64,000 bases of DNA, taken from Octopus sinensis. Taxonomy: Eukaryota. Below the pieces are notes generated by a model. That model was not told the DNA's origin, did not search any database, and saw only the letters and a list, made by a program, of their open reading frames with translations. The stretch's first letter is position 1. Each line of letters starts with the position of its first letter. Shown here one piece after another: positions 16,398 to 28,588 of the stretch. The DNA is taken from contig NC_043008.1 of assembly GCF_006345805.1 (NCBI RefSeq), positions 27,094,001-27,158,000 on the forward strand, given 5' to 3'. The position numbers and the translations under genes are program-made.

Positions 16398-16461
16398 CTG
16401 CACTGAGGAGTAAAGAGTGTATACCACTGCACTGATTACGAAATCACAGTGTGATATGCAG
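16398..16461 (+). ncRNA. Type I hammerhead ribozyme, intact
   Basis: CUGCA CUGAGGA GUAA[22 nt]UUAC GAAA UCAC AGU GUGA U A UGCAG. All three stems Watson-Crick, AUA triplet. Confidence 0.9.
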
Positions 16462-16695
16462 TTGAATTCTGTGTTTAAATGACTTGCTTTGAGAGTTGGT
16501 TTCGGTACGATATGTTTATTTATTCTAGTAGTTTTGACTTTAAGAGTCCCTCCTAGCACGTGGCATTTATGTGCAATAATGCCTTCTATATAATATATAA
16601 ATATATTTAAATGAAAAGATTGATGTATTTTTTCTCTTATGAGGTTTTTCACGCTAACTACTTGATAAATTCTCATGAAGATTTTATCCTGTTTT

Positions 16696-16833
<138 letters not shown>

Positions 16834-17990
16834 TAAATAGAGAGTATATAGGCAAACACAGATTAAAACAAGCATGTCAGTTTATATTTTTATTATAACA
16901 TAACTATCATAACTTTTATACGTGTTTCACGAGAGAATACTAGTGGGCCGTGCGATAATCATTACATAGACAATTGCAGTATCTCTTTGAGTCACCGAAA
17001 CGTCCTGGTGATTAGATTTGTTCCCTATTTCAGTGTGTCTAATTTTGCATACACTCTTTCGAACGGAAACATATGTAAATTAGATGATTTCTTTTCCACT
17101 ATCAAATTTTATTTTCATTCGTTTTTGTGCATTTCTGAATAAATGTCATTTCAGCTGTTGATGTACATGTAAAGGAATTGTTCATGCATAAATTATCTAA
17201 ATCCTCTACTAGGTAAAATACTATTTCTTTATAAACAGCATACCCACGCATTTCACAACTATCTGAAACATTTCCCCCTTTTTTAATATGGGAAACGGTT
17301 TTAAGAATATCAAAATATATAATGATCTTAATTAGAAATAAATTTATAGTGCCGTACATGTGTCTCATTGCAATAGTTCTATCTTACTTTGGAGGATATG
17401 AAATAGTGTTTCCGTGGCCTTTTCTTAACCACCTTCCTGAAGTGGCTTGCAGATGTATGCCTGTTTTCGAGCACTTAGAAATTCTAACCTGTATATCATA
17501 TATGACGAAATAAAACTTACTGAAAGATGTGGAAGCGGTTTCACTTTGTAAATAACACTACTGAAACACCAGAAAATATTTTGTTATGCAGAAGTATTCC
17601 CTTCTCACAAATTCTAATAATTCTACTGCTCATAGCTCCTTCATAAGCTTAAAAGTTTTAATATGGAATTTTAACATTACTTTTATATTTATGGCCGATC
17701 TCTTTAGAATTGTCTAAGACGTTGAATATTTCATTTGAAGAAAATGTTACAAAAACTGACGTTTGTGAGCTTATGTATTTTAATTAAAACATAATGATAT
17801 AATTTTAATCGCTTTCCAGTAAAGTTTATTTTAGAAATATTCTGACATTTGTATGTCTATATATATAGAGAGAGTTTAATATTTCGTTTAATTTATCTAC
17901 AACGTTGTGTATTTGAACAATCAATCACTTTTCTGCGCTAATCTTCCTTCAATTAACCAAATTCTCTAGTTTATTATATATGAAATGCTT

Positions 17991-18142
17991 TAAAAGAAGC
18001 TCCACTTAAAATCGTAAAAAGTTTATAGGTAAAATTAGTTTTACCTATAAACTTTTTACGATTTTAAGTGGAGCTTCTTTTACCTGTAAAGCTACTTTTA
18101 CTTTTTTACTGTAAAGCTTCTTTTACCTGTAAAGCTACTTTA
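17991..18142. repeat. Perfect palindrome (44-bp arms, TTAG loop) followed by a short tandem array
   Basis: 17991-18034 is the exact reverse complement of 18039-18082, followed by AGCTWCTTTTACCTGTAA-like units to ~18142. Confidence 0.9.
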
Positions 18143-19114
18143 AATTGTGATCATGTTCCTCTTCTAGTTATACACAAACAATCGCACGCATATATCTTAT
18201 ATGTATATAAACGTCCCTGTATAACCTTTCTGTGCTGTGTATAATGATTCTCTTGCCAAGTCATTGCTGGTATAAGGTTGTCCTTCACTTCTTGATTTCT
18301 AGGGGAGTATCTATATATAAATATGTGTATGTGTGCGTGCGTGTGTGTGAGAGAGAGAATGTGTGCGTATACGTACATTCAAATATATTTCATAAAAACA
18401 TTCACGTCCGGATGAACTACTGTGTAAATCAAGCAGGGCAGGACTAGCTTATGACAGCCATAAATTGGTAAATTATTACTCTGTAGTCCACAGAAAAGTT
18501 AAACCAACATTTACCTCCCGTAAACATTGCAAAGATGATAATATTATCATGAAGTGAAGCCTCACTGGACTAGTGGCCGTTGCTAGATACTCTCCATTAG
18601 TAAGATCTACTGACAAGTACCTCTGCAGCCTGATGCACCTTACATCCGATACACCTATTACTTCATTATTCAAATTAATACTATTAACTCTTTTGAATTA
18701 TTTTTCTCAACTATCTTTAATTCTAATTATGCAAATTACCATCGGTCAAGGATTGAATAAACTTGTTTCATATATGTAAATATTTTTGACGTTGATCTGG
18801 ATGTCAAGTTACGATTTTGCTATACTGAAAGCCTGTCACAGCTCCTTGCCATAATTGCCTGAATCATTATATCCTTAGCTGTCTCTTGATTCAGAAGATT
18901 AGACTCTAATTTCTTCCCTAGCCTAAACCAAACAAGAAGCTACTCTAAAATTCTTGAAATCTGTTTCTCTATTTTAGAGTCGAGAACAATTGCCTTTAAG
19001 CTATTTCATCTCAAAGCATCAAAGAGAAACTTCAAGAAATTAAGAATTTATTATGTCAGGCATTACGTTATAACTTCTCGCTTAATTACCCAATGCAGTT
19101 CGCACTTTATGTTA

Positions 19115-19230
19115 GATTCGTTAGAACATCGGATGCCTTGTGGCATTTGTTCGCGTTCTCTGGCGATTGGAGTTGAAAGCCAGCTAAGGTCAAATTTACC
19201 TTTAATTCTTTCAAGACCGATATATAAATT
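19115..19230 (+). mobile_element. Degenerate SINE family C fragment
   Basis: GTTAGAACATCGGATGCCTTGTGGCATTTG...AGGTCAAATTTACCTTTAATTCTTTCAAGACCGAT resembles the reverse complement of 60911-61140. Confidence 0.5.
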
Positions 19231-22063
19231 ATTGGAGAAGAAACGGAAGTAAATACTTTCGTCTTCTGTTTCTCTTTCTCTTTCTAAATATTATATTGTA
19301 CTTTGAGATTCGTGGTAGGTGACAGCGCTGAAGGCTTCGAATTTGAGTATGGGTGAACGAACGACCAGCAGACTTACATCATAGAAAAACAACTGTACTA
19401 TTGGAACCAGTGAAGTACGATTCGATGTACAGTACTATGTGGAATGGTAATGTTCTTATCACACACACACAAACACGTACGCACGTACACACGTACACAC
19501 ACACACACACGCACACACACTCTCTCTCTTTCTCAAACATACACATATATACATACATAGGACATACACACACAAACAAACATGTAGACGATACCCGTTT
19601 CCCTGGTCGACTTTTTCACTCAACGTATTCGAAGGCCAAAGATGCCACCCAGCGTGATGCGAAGCGAACGTCTATAGAACATGGTTATGACTACACTCAC
19701 TTTCCCAAGTTTCATTTGCATCGAACAAGTATGGCATACAAACGGCAATTTATATTTTATTATTACATTAAAAGAAATCATTAGTACACTAATTTAATGA
19801 GATTTAATTATTTATATTATCGTATAATTAATTGAATTATTAATTATTTACTTTCAGAAAATTTTCATCACACTGTATAATTTATCTTTGATGAAAGAGA
19901 ACTAAACACTTTATTTCACTTTGTTTTATTCCCACTAAAATATTATGGTTTTATAATGCTACAAATACTAAAGGAGCTTACAATATTTTTAGTGGAGCTA
20001 ATGTGGAGATTTTACGAAGCCGCCTACTCTGCTAGAAGTAGTAACCATATCTTGTATAAAACTTTACCTTTTTTATAGAGACACATCTCACGAAGTAATC
20101 CTCTATACACACACTGAAGTACAGCCTTTCTAGATCGTGTAGGCTTTATCAAGGTGGTGGAGTTGGGGTGGTTTGGCAATGAGGTAAACACAATTGGCTG
20201 CAGTAGTCTGTGAAAATCTGTTGGATGTACCTCTCATGTTTTTGATTAGTATACTTGATCCGCTCCCCAGTTTTAGACAACTACTTGGAACTTATGTAGC
20301 TTTATATCCCTTATCTGAACAATATCTTGTATTGGCAAAACACACTCCTGTAAACAGTCCATTCAAGCCTATGTTTAGAGAGTAACGTCCTTCCTTCTTT
20401 CCACTTGGTCTTTCCGTTCTAACTACATTTAAAAAAATCCTTTTAACATGTTAATGAAAACAGAGGTAACTCGAATAACAGCTGCTGTTACAACATAAAC
20501 ACAACACGCAAATACTGCCAGTCAGAAGCAGACAAGATTTTACTGTTGTATGTAGCTTCGAAAGGACTCAAGGAACAGTTAATTACTCAATGTTCATGTC
20601 ACATTTCAAATGATACATAACGTTTAGCGAAATATAAAGTATCTGAACAATATCTTGAGAAGAATTGCATAACTGTGACGTAGTTTACAAAATTAGTGAC
20701 CATTCCAGCAGTGTTGTAATAGAAACAAGCAAGATCATCTACAAAGTGGTATGCATATCACTGCAGTATACAATAAGTGTTTAAGAACTTCACAAGTAAA
20801 AACTTATCTTCATTTCTCGTCATTAACCGAACTCAACTTTTAGCAAGAATGAAACTCAGAAACTTATACTCTCACAAATTTAGCTATTAGGTTGTTCCGA
20901 AAATAATGGCCACTCTAAGTGATATGTTTTGAAACGCAATTTTATCATAGTATATTTATATTTTTGGTGAATTTCGACAAACTTAATTACTGATATATGC
21001 TCTTTAATAATCTTCTAATTATTTCAAACAAAAAACCTTCTTGAAGCATCGGCGCCCTTAATTATGAATAAGACATAAAAATACTTTCGCTTACTTTTCT
21101 TGCATGAGTTCAAGTTTGGGCACAATATTGTTAATTATTCAAGAATAAAATTATGTTTCTGAAACCGGTCAGTATTTTCGGAACAACCTAATACAATACC
21201 AGTGTGAATGTCAAATATCCAGTACAAAAAGTTACATTGCTAACACTACGTCGCTTTGCCGTAATTTGACATTTTCCCTTGTTATGCGAATGACTGTAAA
21301 ATAGCTCGAAGATTTTGTAGTTAGCACAGTTCTTGCATTCAAATTAGGGGATATTAGGATCTCCACGTGGAAGTAACGAAAACGAGGAGAGTAAACATTA
21401 ATTTTTAAGAATATTGAAGGCCCCAATTTGTATACCGCATAACAATATAAATTCCATTATTTTGTTTAAAAAAAGAAAGAAAAAGAACTTAATTTCATTC
21501 TAAGATTAAACAAACATCTTTAGAATTTCACGATCGAAATATATTTCTAAACTATATCCATTTTAATAAATTTACAGAATAGAAGTGACAGAAAAAGCGC
21601 AACGATATATAATCAAATAAAAAATGAACTCAGGCTGCTGTTCTAAAACAGTGAAATACAGTTTAAAGATATTCTTTAAAGAAGTATATTTAAACATATG
21701 CAAATTGTATAATGATAATCTTACTTTGTATTCATTATTCCCTGAAGATCACGCGGTTCTTTTCAGACAAACAAAAGAAATTTTTTTTTTATATTGAACA
21801 TTTGTTCATTTCAAAAATAAACTGAACACAAAGATTCATAATAACAATACGCTTCTTCACCTACCTAACTCCTGTATCTAAACAAAATATCCCAACATAT
21901 TTGACTGGGCATTGTGGTCTTGTTGTTTTAGTTGAAGTTTAGAATAATATTATAAGCTGCTTGAGTTGATAGGGTTCTAAATTAGGTATCAATGACTGGA
22001 GGTTTTATCCAGTCAAAAACACTATACATCCATGCGAACGAAATATTATTTATAATTGAGAGG

Positions 22064-22234
22064 TATTTGTTCTCATCTTGTTTGTTGTTAACACAACGTT
22101 TCGGCTTCATCAGTTGTCTTGGGGAAATTTCGGACCTGTGTTCTCATTCCTATGCAATGGCGTAGTGGTTAAGAGCGCGGGCTACTAAACCGAAAAATTC
22201 CGAGTTCGATTCCAGGCAGTGACCTGAATAATAA

Positions 22235-22276
<42 letters not shown>

Positions 22277-22495
22277 CAACAACAACAACAAGAGCAACAA
22301 CAATAATAGTAATAATAATAACAACAACAACAACATCGAAAAAGGAGAACCTAGGTTTGAAACTTCCCCAAGACACCTGATGAAGGCTGGAGGTTATATA
22401 GCAGAAACATTGTGTTAACAACAAACAAGATGAGGACAAATATCCGTCAATTGTAAATAATGTAAATCATTCCTCATCTCTTGAATATAGAACTG
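22064..22495 (+). mobile_element. ORF-less tRNA-head/(AAT,AAC)n/HHR unit with an upstream inverted partial copy
   Basis: A box TGGCGTAGTGG 22158-22168, B box GAGTTCGATTCC 22202-22213, microsatellite, tail with HHR motif 22372-22416. 22064-22152 is an inverted copy of the tail. Same family as 24295-24468 and 25549-25791. Confidence 0.85.
22372..22416 (+). ncRNA. Degenerate type I hammerhead motif
   Basis: GACAC CUGAUGA A GGCUG..UAGCA GAAA CAUU GUGUU. Core present, but the stem II closing pair is G/A and the ACGU palindrome has decayed to ACAU. Confidence 0.6.
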
Positions 22496-22840
22496 TGTCA
22501 ATTAGTCTAGTCAGTATGTGAGTGTAATGTCTTCTAGTTCTCAAAAATGATTCTATGTCATAGCACAACTTGGTAGAAACAGCAGTCTCGCCTTCCCAAT
22601 GCCTACTTAATCGCACCCAAAATAATTGTTACATTGATATACATAGATATACAAAAAAGATTGGTTGATAAGAGCTGGAATATCTTTGACTTTAGGTCGG
22701 TTCCAGGAAAACTGACCAGAAGCTAAATGAAAAATAACAGCCATTCACTATATTAACATGCATTTCTTTTGATGTAACTGCTTTCTAGGGACAAGGTATG
22801 ACAATTATATTAACAATTACATATTACTAGTGTTGCTTAC

Positions 22841-22897
22841 ATGATCCGTAGAAAAATGAATGAGATCGTTAATCATGACGGAATTTGAAGCCAGAAG
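22841..22897 (-). CDS. Candidate 57-nt coding exon (LLASNSVMINDLIHFSTDH), unidentified gene
   Basis: Acceptor TTTCATTCTCATTCTTCAG, donor GTAAGC, open only in phase 0. No protein recognised. Confidence 0.25.
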
Positions 22898-23006
22898 CTG
22901 AAGAATGAGAATGAAATATTCTAGGTATTTATTTTGTTCAGGTGAGTTGTATACAGCTTGAAATAAGGTGCTAGTAGCTAATGATTTCACAAACATGTAC
23001 ATTTAC

Positions 23007-23060
23007 CTTAACATACTCCTCGGGTAGATCAGCATAAGGCAGTATATGACGAGGCCGATC
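23007..23060 (-). CDS. Candidate 54-nt coding exon (DRPRHILPYADLPEEYVK), unidentified gene
   Basis: Donor AAG|GTAAAT, weak acceptor TTGACAG, phase 0-0 and in frame with 22841-22897 across a 109-nt intron. Confidence 0.25.
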
Positions 23061-24373
23061 CTGTCAATCATAACTATTGATCCCTTAGAATCCAAACTGT
23101 TATATTTGTCAACTAACTATAATAACATTGATACATATTTTATTAGCTTACACAGATGGTCTTAAACTTTGCCATTAATCTAGGCTGGAGAAAGAGAAAC
23201 TGTATCATCGTACCCTGCCCAATGTTGCCTATAGACTTCCTGGACACGAATTTATTAACACACATTCTATTTTGATTGTCAGGATTCCTTTGTTTAACTT
23301 TCCCTATTGTATTCGTCCTCCTGCTAAATCATTTCTTTTACGTGTAAATCGAAGTAATGGATTTAATTTTATGACACGTTTTTGTTGTTCAAATCGATCA
23401 GTGAAATAACATATGAACAAGGGAATTAGAAAATGTGTTCCTAAAGAAACACATTGATCCATAAAATGAAAATGGAGAGATGGATAACAAAATGAGAATT
23501 ACTTTTAAAGCTTAGATAGTGCTTTATTGCATGAAATTTCCATAAAGACCACACATTTCGTTAGTTTACAGAGATGCTAAATGACATTAATATAAATTGG
23601 TCTGCCTACATCGGTGTAACGAGATGTTCTCATGCTAAACAAACCCTTTATCTTTCTGTGCATATTCTGCTATTTGCAAGTGTAGGAGCTTATCTAAACA
23701 GCAAATTACAAGCAAGTACCACATTCCCCATTCTCATTATTATTAACACCTTCGAAACCGTTCTATCATGAAATGAAGGAGCTTCTATCTAGTCATTCGA
23801 CTTGATACAAACAGAAGTTAATTCTTCTTCAGTTCACGAACTACTATTTAAAATAAAACTACACATTGCGTGTTTTGATACAAGATTTAAAATCTTATTA
23901 TAATGGATGAATAGTCAAAACCGAAATGCCTTTTGATCATAGATTTTCCTCATCAAAGTTGAAATGGAACTAAAAAATGATAAAAACACGAAAAAGGAGT
24001 AAATGTGAAGGCCTCTACACAGTTTCGGCCTGAAAAAGGAATCAAACTCCCCCTCAAAACATAATCTGCCTCTTGATCTATTGAATAGAGGGGATACATA
24101 TACCGTGAAACCGGTCGAGGTGCCTTACGATGGAAACGTTTGACATAAAGGTTTAAATATAGTTGATAAAAAATACATGGACACCAAAAACACACAATTT
24201 TGCCAGTATTCGTGCGCCATACGGAGTGGAATGCGTTACTGACGTCAGGAGAATTTATTTTCTTTTTGACTTAGTTCTGTACATTAAAGAAATTCAGTTC
24301 TATATTTAAGATATGAAGAATTATGTACATTATTTACAATTGATGGATATTTGTCCTCATCTTGTTTGTTGTT

Positions 24374-24419
24374 ACCACAACGTTTCTGCTGATATACAAT
24401 CCAGCCTTCATCAGGTGCC
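24374..24419 (-). ncRNA. Type I hammerhead motif in the inverted pLTR copy, partly degenerate
   Basis: GGCAC CUGAUGA A GGCUG..CAGCA GAAA CGUU GUGGU. Core and ACGU palindrome intact; mismatches in stem I and at the stem II closing pair. Confidence 0.6.
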
Positions 24420-24505
24420 TTGGGGAAGTTTCAAACCTGAGTTCTCATTCCTAAGGTATTTTTCGATGTTATTGCTGTTGTTGTTGTTGTTACTATTATT
24501 ATTAA

Positions 24506-24617
<112 letters not shown>

Positions 24618-24637
24618 GTTATTATTATTATTATTGC

Positions 24638-24672
<35 letters not shown>

Positions 24673-24674
<2 letters not shown>

Positions 24675-25522
24675 AGATCATGTGAACTCAATAAATCCAA
24701 CCATACAGTTCACAATGGAAAAGGTAAAAGACAATCAGATAGCAATCCCGGACGTATTAATAACAAGCACCAAGTATCGATTCAGGACATCCGTACACCG
24801 CAAGCCGACCTTCACTGGACGATACCTCAACTTCAATTCCCATCATCCATTCAGTGTAAAGAGAGGGATTGCTCAGTGCCTAAAACATCGAGCAAAGAAT
24901 ATAGGTAGCGATCGTGATACACTCCACGAAGAAATGATCAAGCTCAATAATGATCTATTAAGCAACAACTACCCCCAAAATAATAATATCCGCTCCAATT
25001 ATGAAGGAAAGAGAGGATGAAACCAATAAACTGTCTACAGTCTGTCTGCCCTATGTGAAACGCCTGTCCGAAGAGATACAAAAGATATGCGGCCCATATT
25101 ATATCAGGACAGTATTCAAGATTATTCCAACACTTTGCAAATATCTCCTTCGAGTAAAACCACCAATACAAGAGAATATGACCAAATACTGCGTGTACTC
25201 CATCCCATGCAGCTGTGGTAGGTTATACAAAGGCGAAACATGCCGCCCCCTCAAAATAAGGGTACATGAACATCGCAAAGCTGTGACATGAGGAGATATT
25301 GATAAATCGAGTATAGTTGATCATGTATGGAAAAATAGAGACCACATTCCCCTGTGGGATGTAGTTAAAATAATAGACAGAGAACACCACCGGAAAATAC
25401 GAAAACTAAAAGAAGCAGCACATATGCTAGAACACAACCACCTCATAGGCAGACCGATTGCAGATACAAGTAGCATATCGGAACCGGTATTAAGGAAATA
25501 TAGGAAAATATTAGATTTATAA
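24673..25522 (+). pseudogene. PLE RT C-terminus/thumb plus GIY-YIG endonuclease pseudogene
   Basis: LDHVNSINPTIQFTME...VHRKPTFTGRYLNFNSHHPFSVKRGIAQCLKHRA; TVCLPYVKRLSEEI; CVYSIPCSCGRLYKGETCRPLKIRVHEH; RKLKEA. One frameshift near 25000 and a TGA at 25289. Confidence 0.92.
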
Positions 25523-25548
25523 TCCCTAAAATTCTCTCCATAATTTCC

Positions 25549-25625
25549 CACGGGCATATGGTGTAGTGGTTTAGGGAGTGATATACTAACCCCAAGATTC
25601 CGAGTTCAATTCCAGACACTGACCT
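25549..25625 (+). promoter_or_regulatory. tRNA-derived internal Pol III promoter (A/B boxes)
   Basis: TGGTGTAGTGG 25559-25569 and GAGTTCAATTCC 25602-25613, ~27 nt downstream of the PLE ORF stop. Confidence 0.7.
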
Positions 25626-25700
25626 GAATAATAATAATAATAATAATATCGAAAATGAAAATACCTTAGGAATGAGAACCCAGGCTCGAAATTTCCCTAA

Positions 25701-25746
25701 GACACCTGATGAAGGCTGGAGGGCATATCAGCCGAAATGTTGTGTT
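25701..25746 (+). ncRNA. Minimal type I hammerhead motif in the 3' pLTR
   Basis: GACAC CUGAUGA A GGCUG GAGGGCAUAU CAGCC GAAA UGUU GUGUU. Stems I and II intact, extra A after the core, ACGU decayed to AUGU (CpG transition). Confidence 0.75.
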
Positions 25747-28216
25747 AACAAGAAAAAAGTTGAGGACAGATATCCGTCAAATGTAAATAATATAATTATT
25801 GGTATGTAATTCAGATAATTTATTTTTCCCAGCTGTTCATGATGTCGCTATACAGGAATTGGTGCTGATAGTTTGCAATGACAAATTCACCACTGAAAAT
25901 CACCACTCTTCTCGAGATAAAATATGTCATAATTCACTAAAATGCTGGAGTAGGTAATAATGGAAAGACACATGATATAAATGTGTAGGGCGAAAATTGG
26001 CTCTAAAATTAACTGGAAATCAAGTGGGTTTGACTTTTGGAACATTGTTTTTGGAAATCAAGAAACTGGAGCAGTGGTTTTTGAGAGAATTCTTGGACGT
26101 TGTTAAAGATTCTCTAAGTATGGTACCATAATGCTCTGCTATGCATTAGGAGACAAGAACACATGTAGACATGCAACACACACAAGTGTCTGTTGCAATC
26201 TTGAAAGTTTCTAGCGTTTTGATGATAGAGGAAATTTTTATAATCCTTCTTCGATTATGTCAGGTTGCTTTTCGTTTTATTCTTATTACTGTTATAGAAA
26301 GTATAGGTATGAAAATGTATGACATATTGATTTACAGACATAGGCTGCTTGAGACCCGTGGGTATAATTAGCAAAAATTTTCTACTTGAATGCCACACTA
26401 GCTTAGACATATGTGAGAGGAAGGGTAAGATATTCTTGCCAATAGATGGGCTTCCACTAATGTGGATCTCTGTATTATTCAATAGTTATGGTGGCATATA
26501 AAAGAGGCATATTTGTTATCAGATTAAGAAACATGTTTTTGAAGTTAGAACCCTATTTAGTTAAAAAGAACAATAGATTAATACTCATCAGTTACTAATT
26601 GAATTACCAGGCTGAACGCAGCCTCTCACATTGGAGAAAATTTATGAATCTGGATTCCAAGAAAGTACTAATCTCTGATTTATATTATACTGGATTTATG
26701 TTGATGAAACTGCTATTTTATCTTGTTTGGTGACGCAAACAAGATAGGAGGTATGGAGAAAATCACGAAGCAAAATATATTTCCGATGATCTCTGAGTTG
26801 GTGTCGTGTTCGAATACTTTTGATTAAAAATTCACAAGAAAAAGTTTTAAAATATACATGTCGCTAAATATCTGTTAAGTCCTAAAATATTATAGGGTAC
26901 TTGTTGGGATACTAATCCTGTTTGAAAATGAGATTTGATTTTCGTATCTTAATACTTCAGGATATAAAATGAAAGACCTTCCGTGTGGAGGTTAGCATCC
27001 CCTTTTGCAATCAAAGGCAAGCAAATGAAAAAAAGAAAAACACAATGCCAATCATTACGAGCTATTATGTTTTATCGAGCCACTCTAGTTAGTTTGTGTA
27101 CCTACAGTAAATTTATTTCTCTCACTATTTCAGCATGTCTGTTGATTTCCTGTATTTCATTTGTCACTTTTATTAGTTGCAATTGTATTTTCTTAGATAC
27201 CCCACTCCGTTTCAACAGTTTTATCTATCTCCCCACCACACTAAAATAGTTTAAAGTAATATATTCATACTGATAAATTTGTCTCTTTCTTAACTACCGA
27301 CGTAAACAAATAATTAAAAATGCTTTTGTATTGACACCATCATTTGATGAAAATTTTATTAAGATACAAAATTTCTACATTGATAATTATGTCCCTTGTT
27401 ACCTCATTAATTCTAGCATCCTTCTTATGTATTATTTTCTGATTCACATTTTAGGAAGCCATCTTCTTTCTCCCAGAAGGCCTTATGATTGGTGCCAAGC
27501 TTTTAGCGCTCTGTAAGTTTACACAATGTTCTATTGATCCACGCATGCACTGAACCATAAGAATTAATAGAAAGAAGAAAGAGAAAAATAAACAGAAATT
27601 ATTCAGCTTTCACCAAAAATAAAACAATAAATATATTTTTATTTCATCTACTTCTTTCTTTCTTTATTTATTTATTTGTAGATGCAATCTTTTGTTTCAT
27701 TTCAACAACTTGAAATACAATTGTTATCCTTTCGTCGCATCGAACTTTTCATGGAGAGAAATATTAGGACCTTTAGGTATTGAACTCTTCAATATAAACA
27801 TTACAAATGATATTTAGTTATCATCCCAGACAGAGTGGCACTGCTTTATTTCCAACTTGTGCAGAGAAAACAGACAGCTTGTGTGTCTCTTGAAAAGCTT
27901 CAAGATTCAAAACCAAATTAGTTTTCTATTTTCTCCAAAGCACAAATTGAATATGAATAACGTTACTTGCAGTAAATCATATAATAGTCAGATACATATA
28001 TAAGTATATTTGTATATATGTACATAGACACATACTCACTTGTATGCAAACACAGACACAAACACATACGCATATATGGAAATTCTTGTACACATTAATG
28101 ATGGAAAATGCACTCAATACAGACATTAGAGATTATATATACTTTTACAATATATATATATAAATATATATATGTATATGTATACATATATATTTGCATT
28201 TATGTATATATGTATG

Positions 28217-28249
<33 letters not shown>

Positions 28250-28320
28250 ATATGTATATATATACATACATATATATATAATATATATATAATTATATAT
28301 ATATACATATGTATATGTAT

Positions 28321-28394
<74 letters not shown>

Positions 28395-28552
28395 TATGGA
28401 TTCTTTTTTAGATTTTGATTAATTTAATTTCATCTGGTAAAAATTGCGAAATAATAGTATTAATTCAGATATTTGTTTGGTTATCAATAACGTTAATATA
28501 CATAAATCTCTTTCATTCTCAGTTTCTTTACCCTTTAACTATCACTACGTCA

Positions 28553-28588
<36 letters not shown>

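Noticed and set aside
22157-22224. Genuine tRNA gene (also 25549, 54080-54142, 61060-61140)
   Set aside because: A/B boxes are present, but no full cloverleaf or acceptor stem could be built, and each head is fused to a repeat body, so these are SINE heads.
22929-22947. Recursive-splicing ratchet point TATTTATTTTGTTCAG|GTGAGT (plus strand)
   Set aside because: A single match is expected by chance in AT-rich DNA; host strand unknown; no supporting data.
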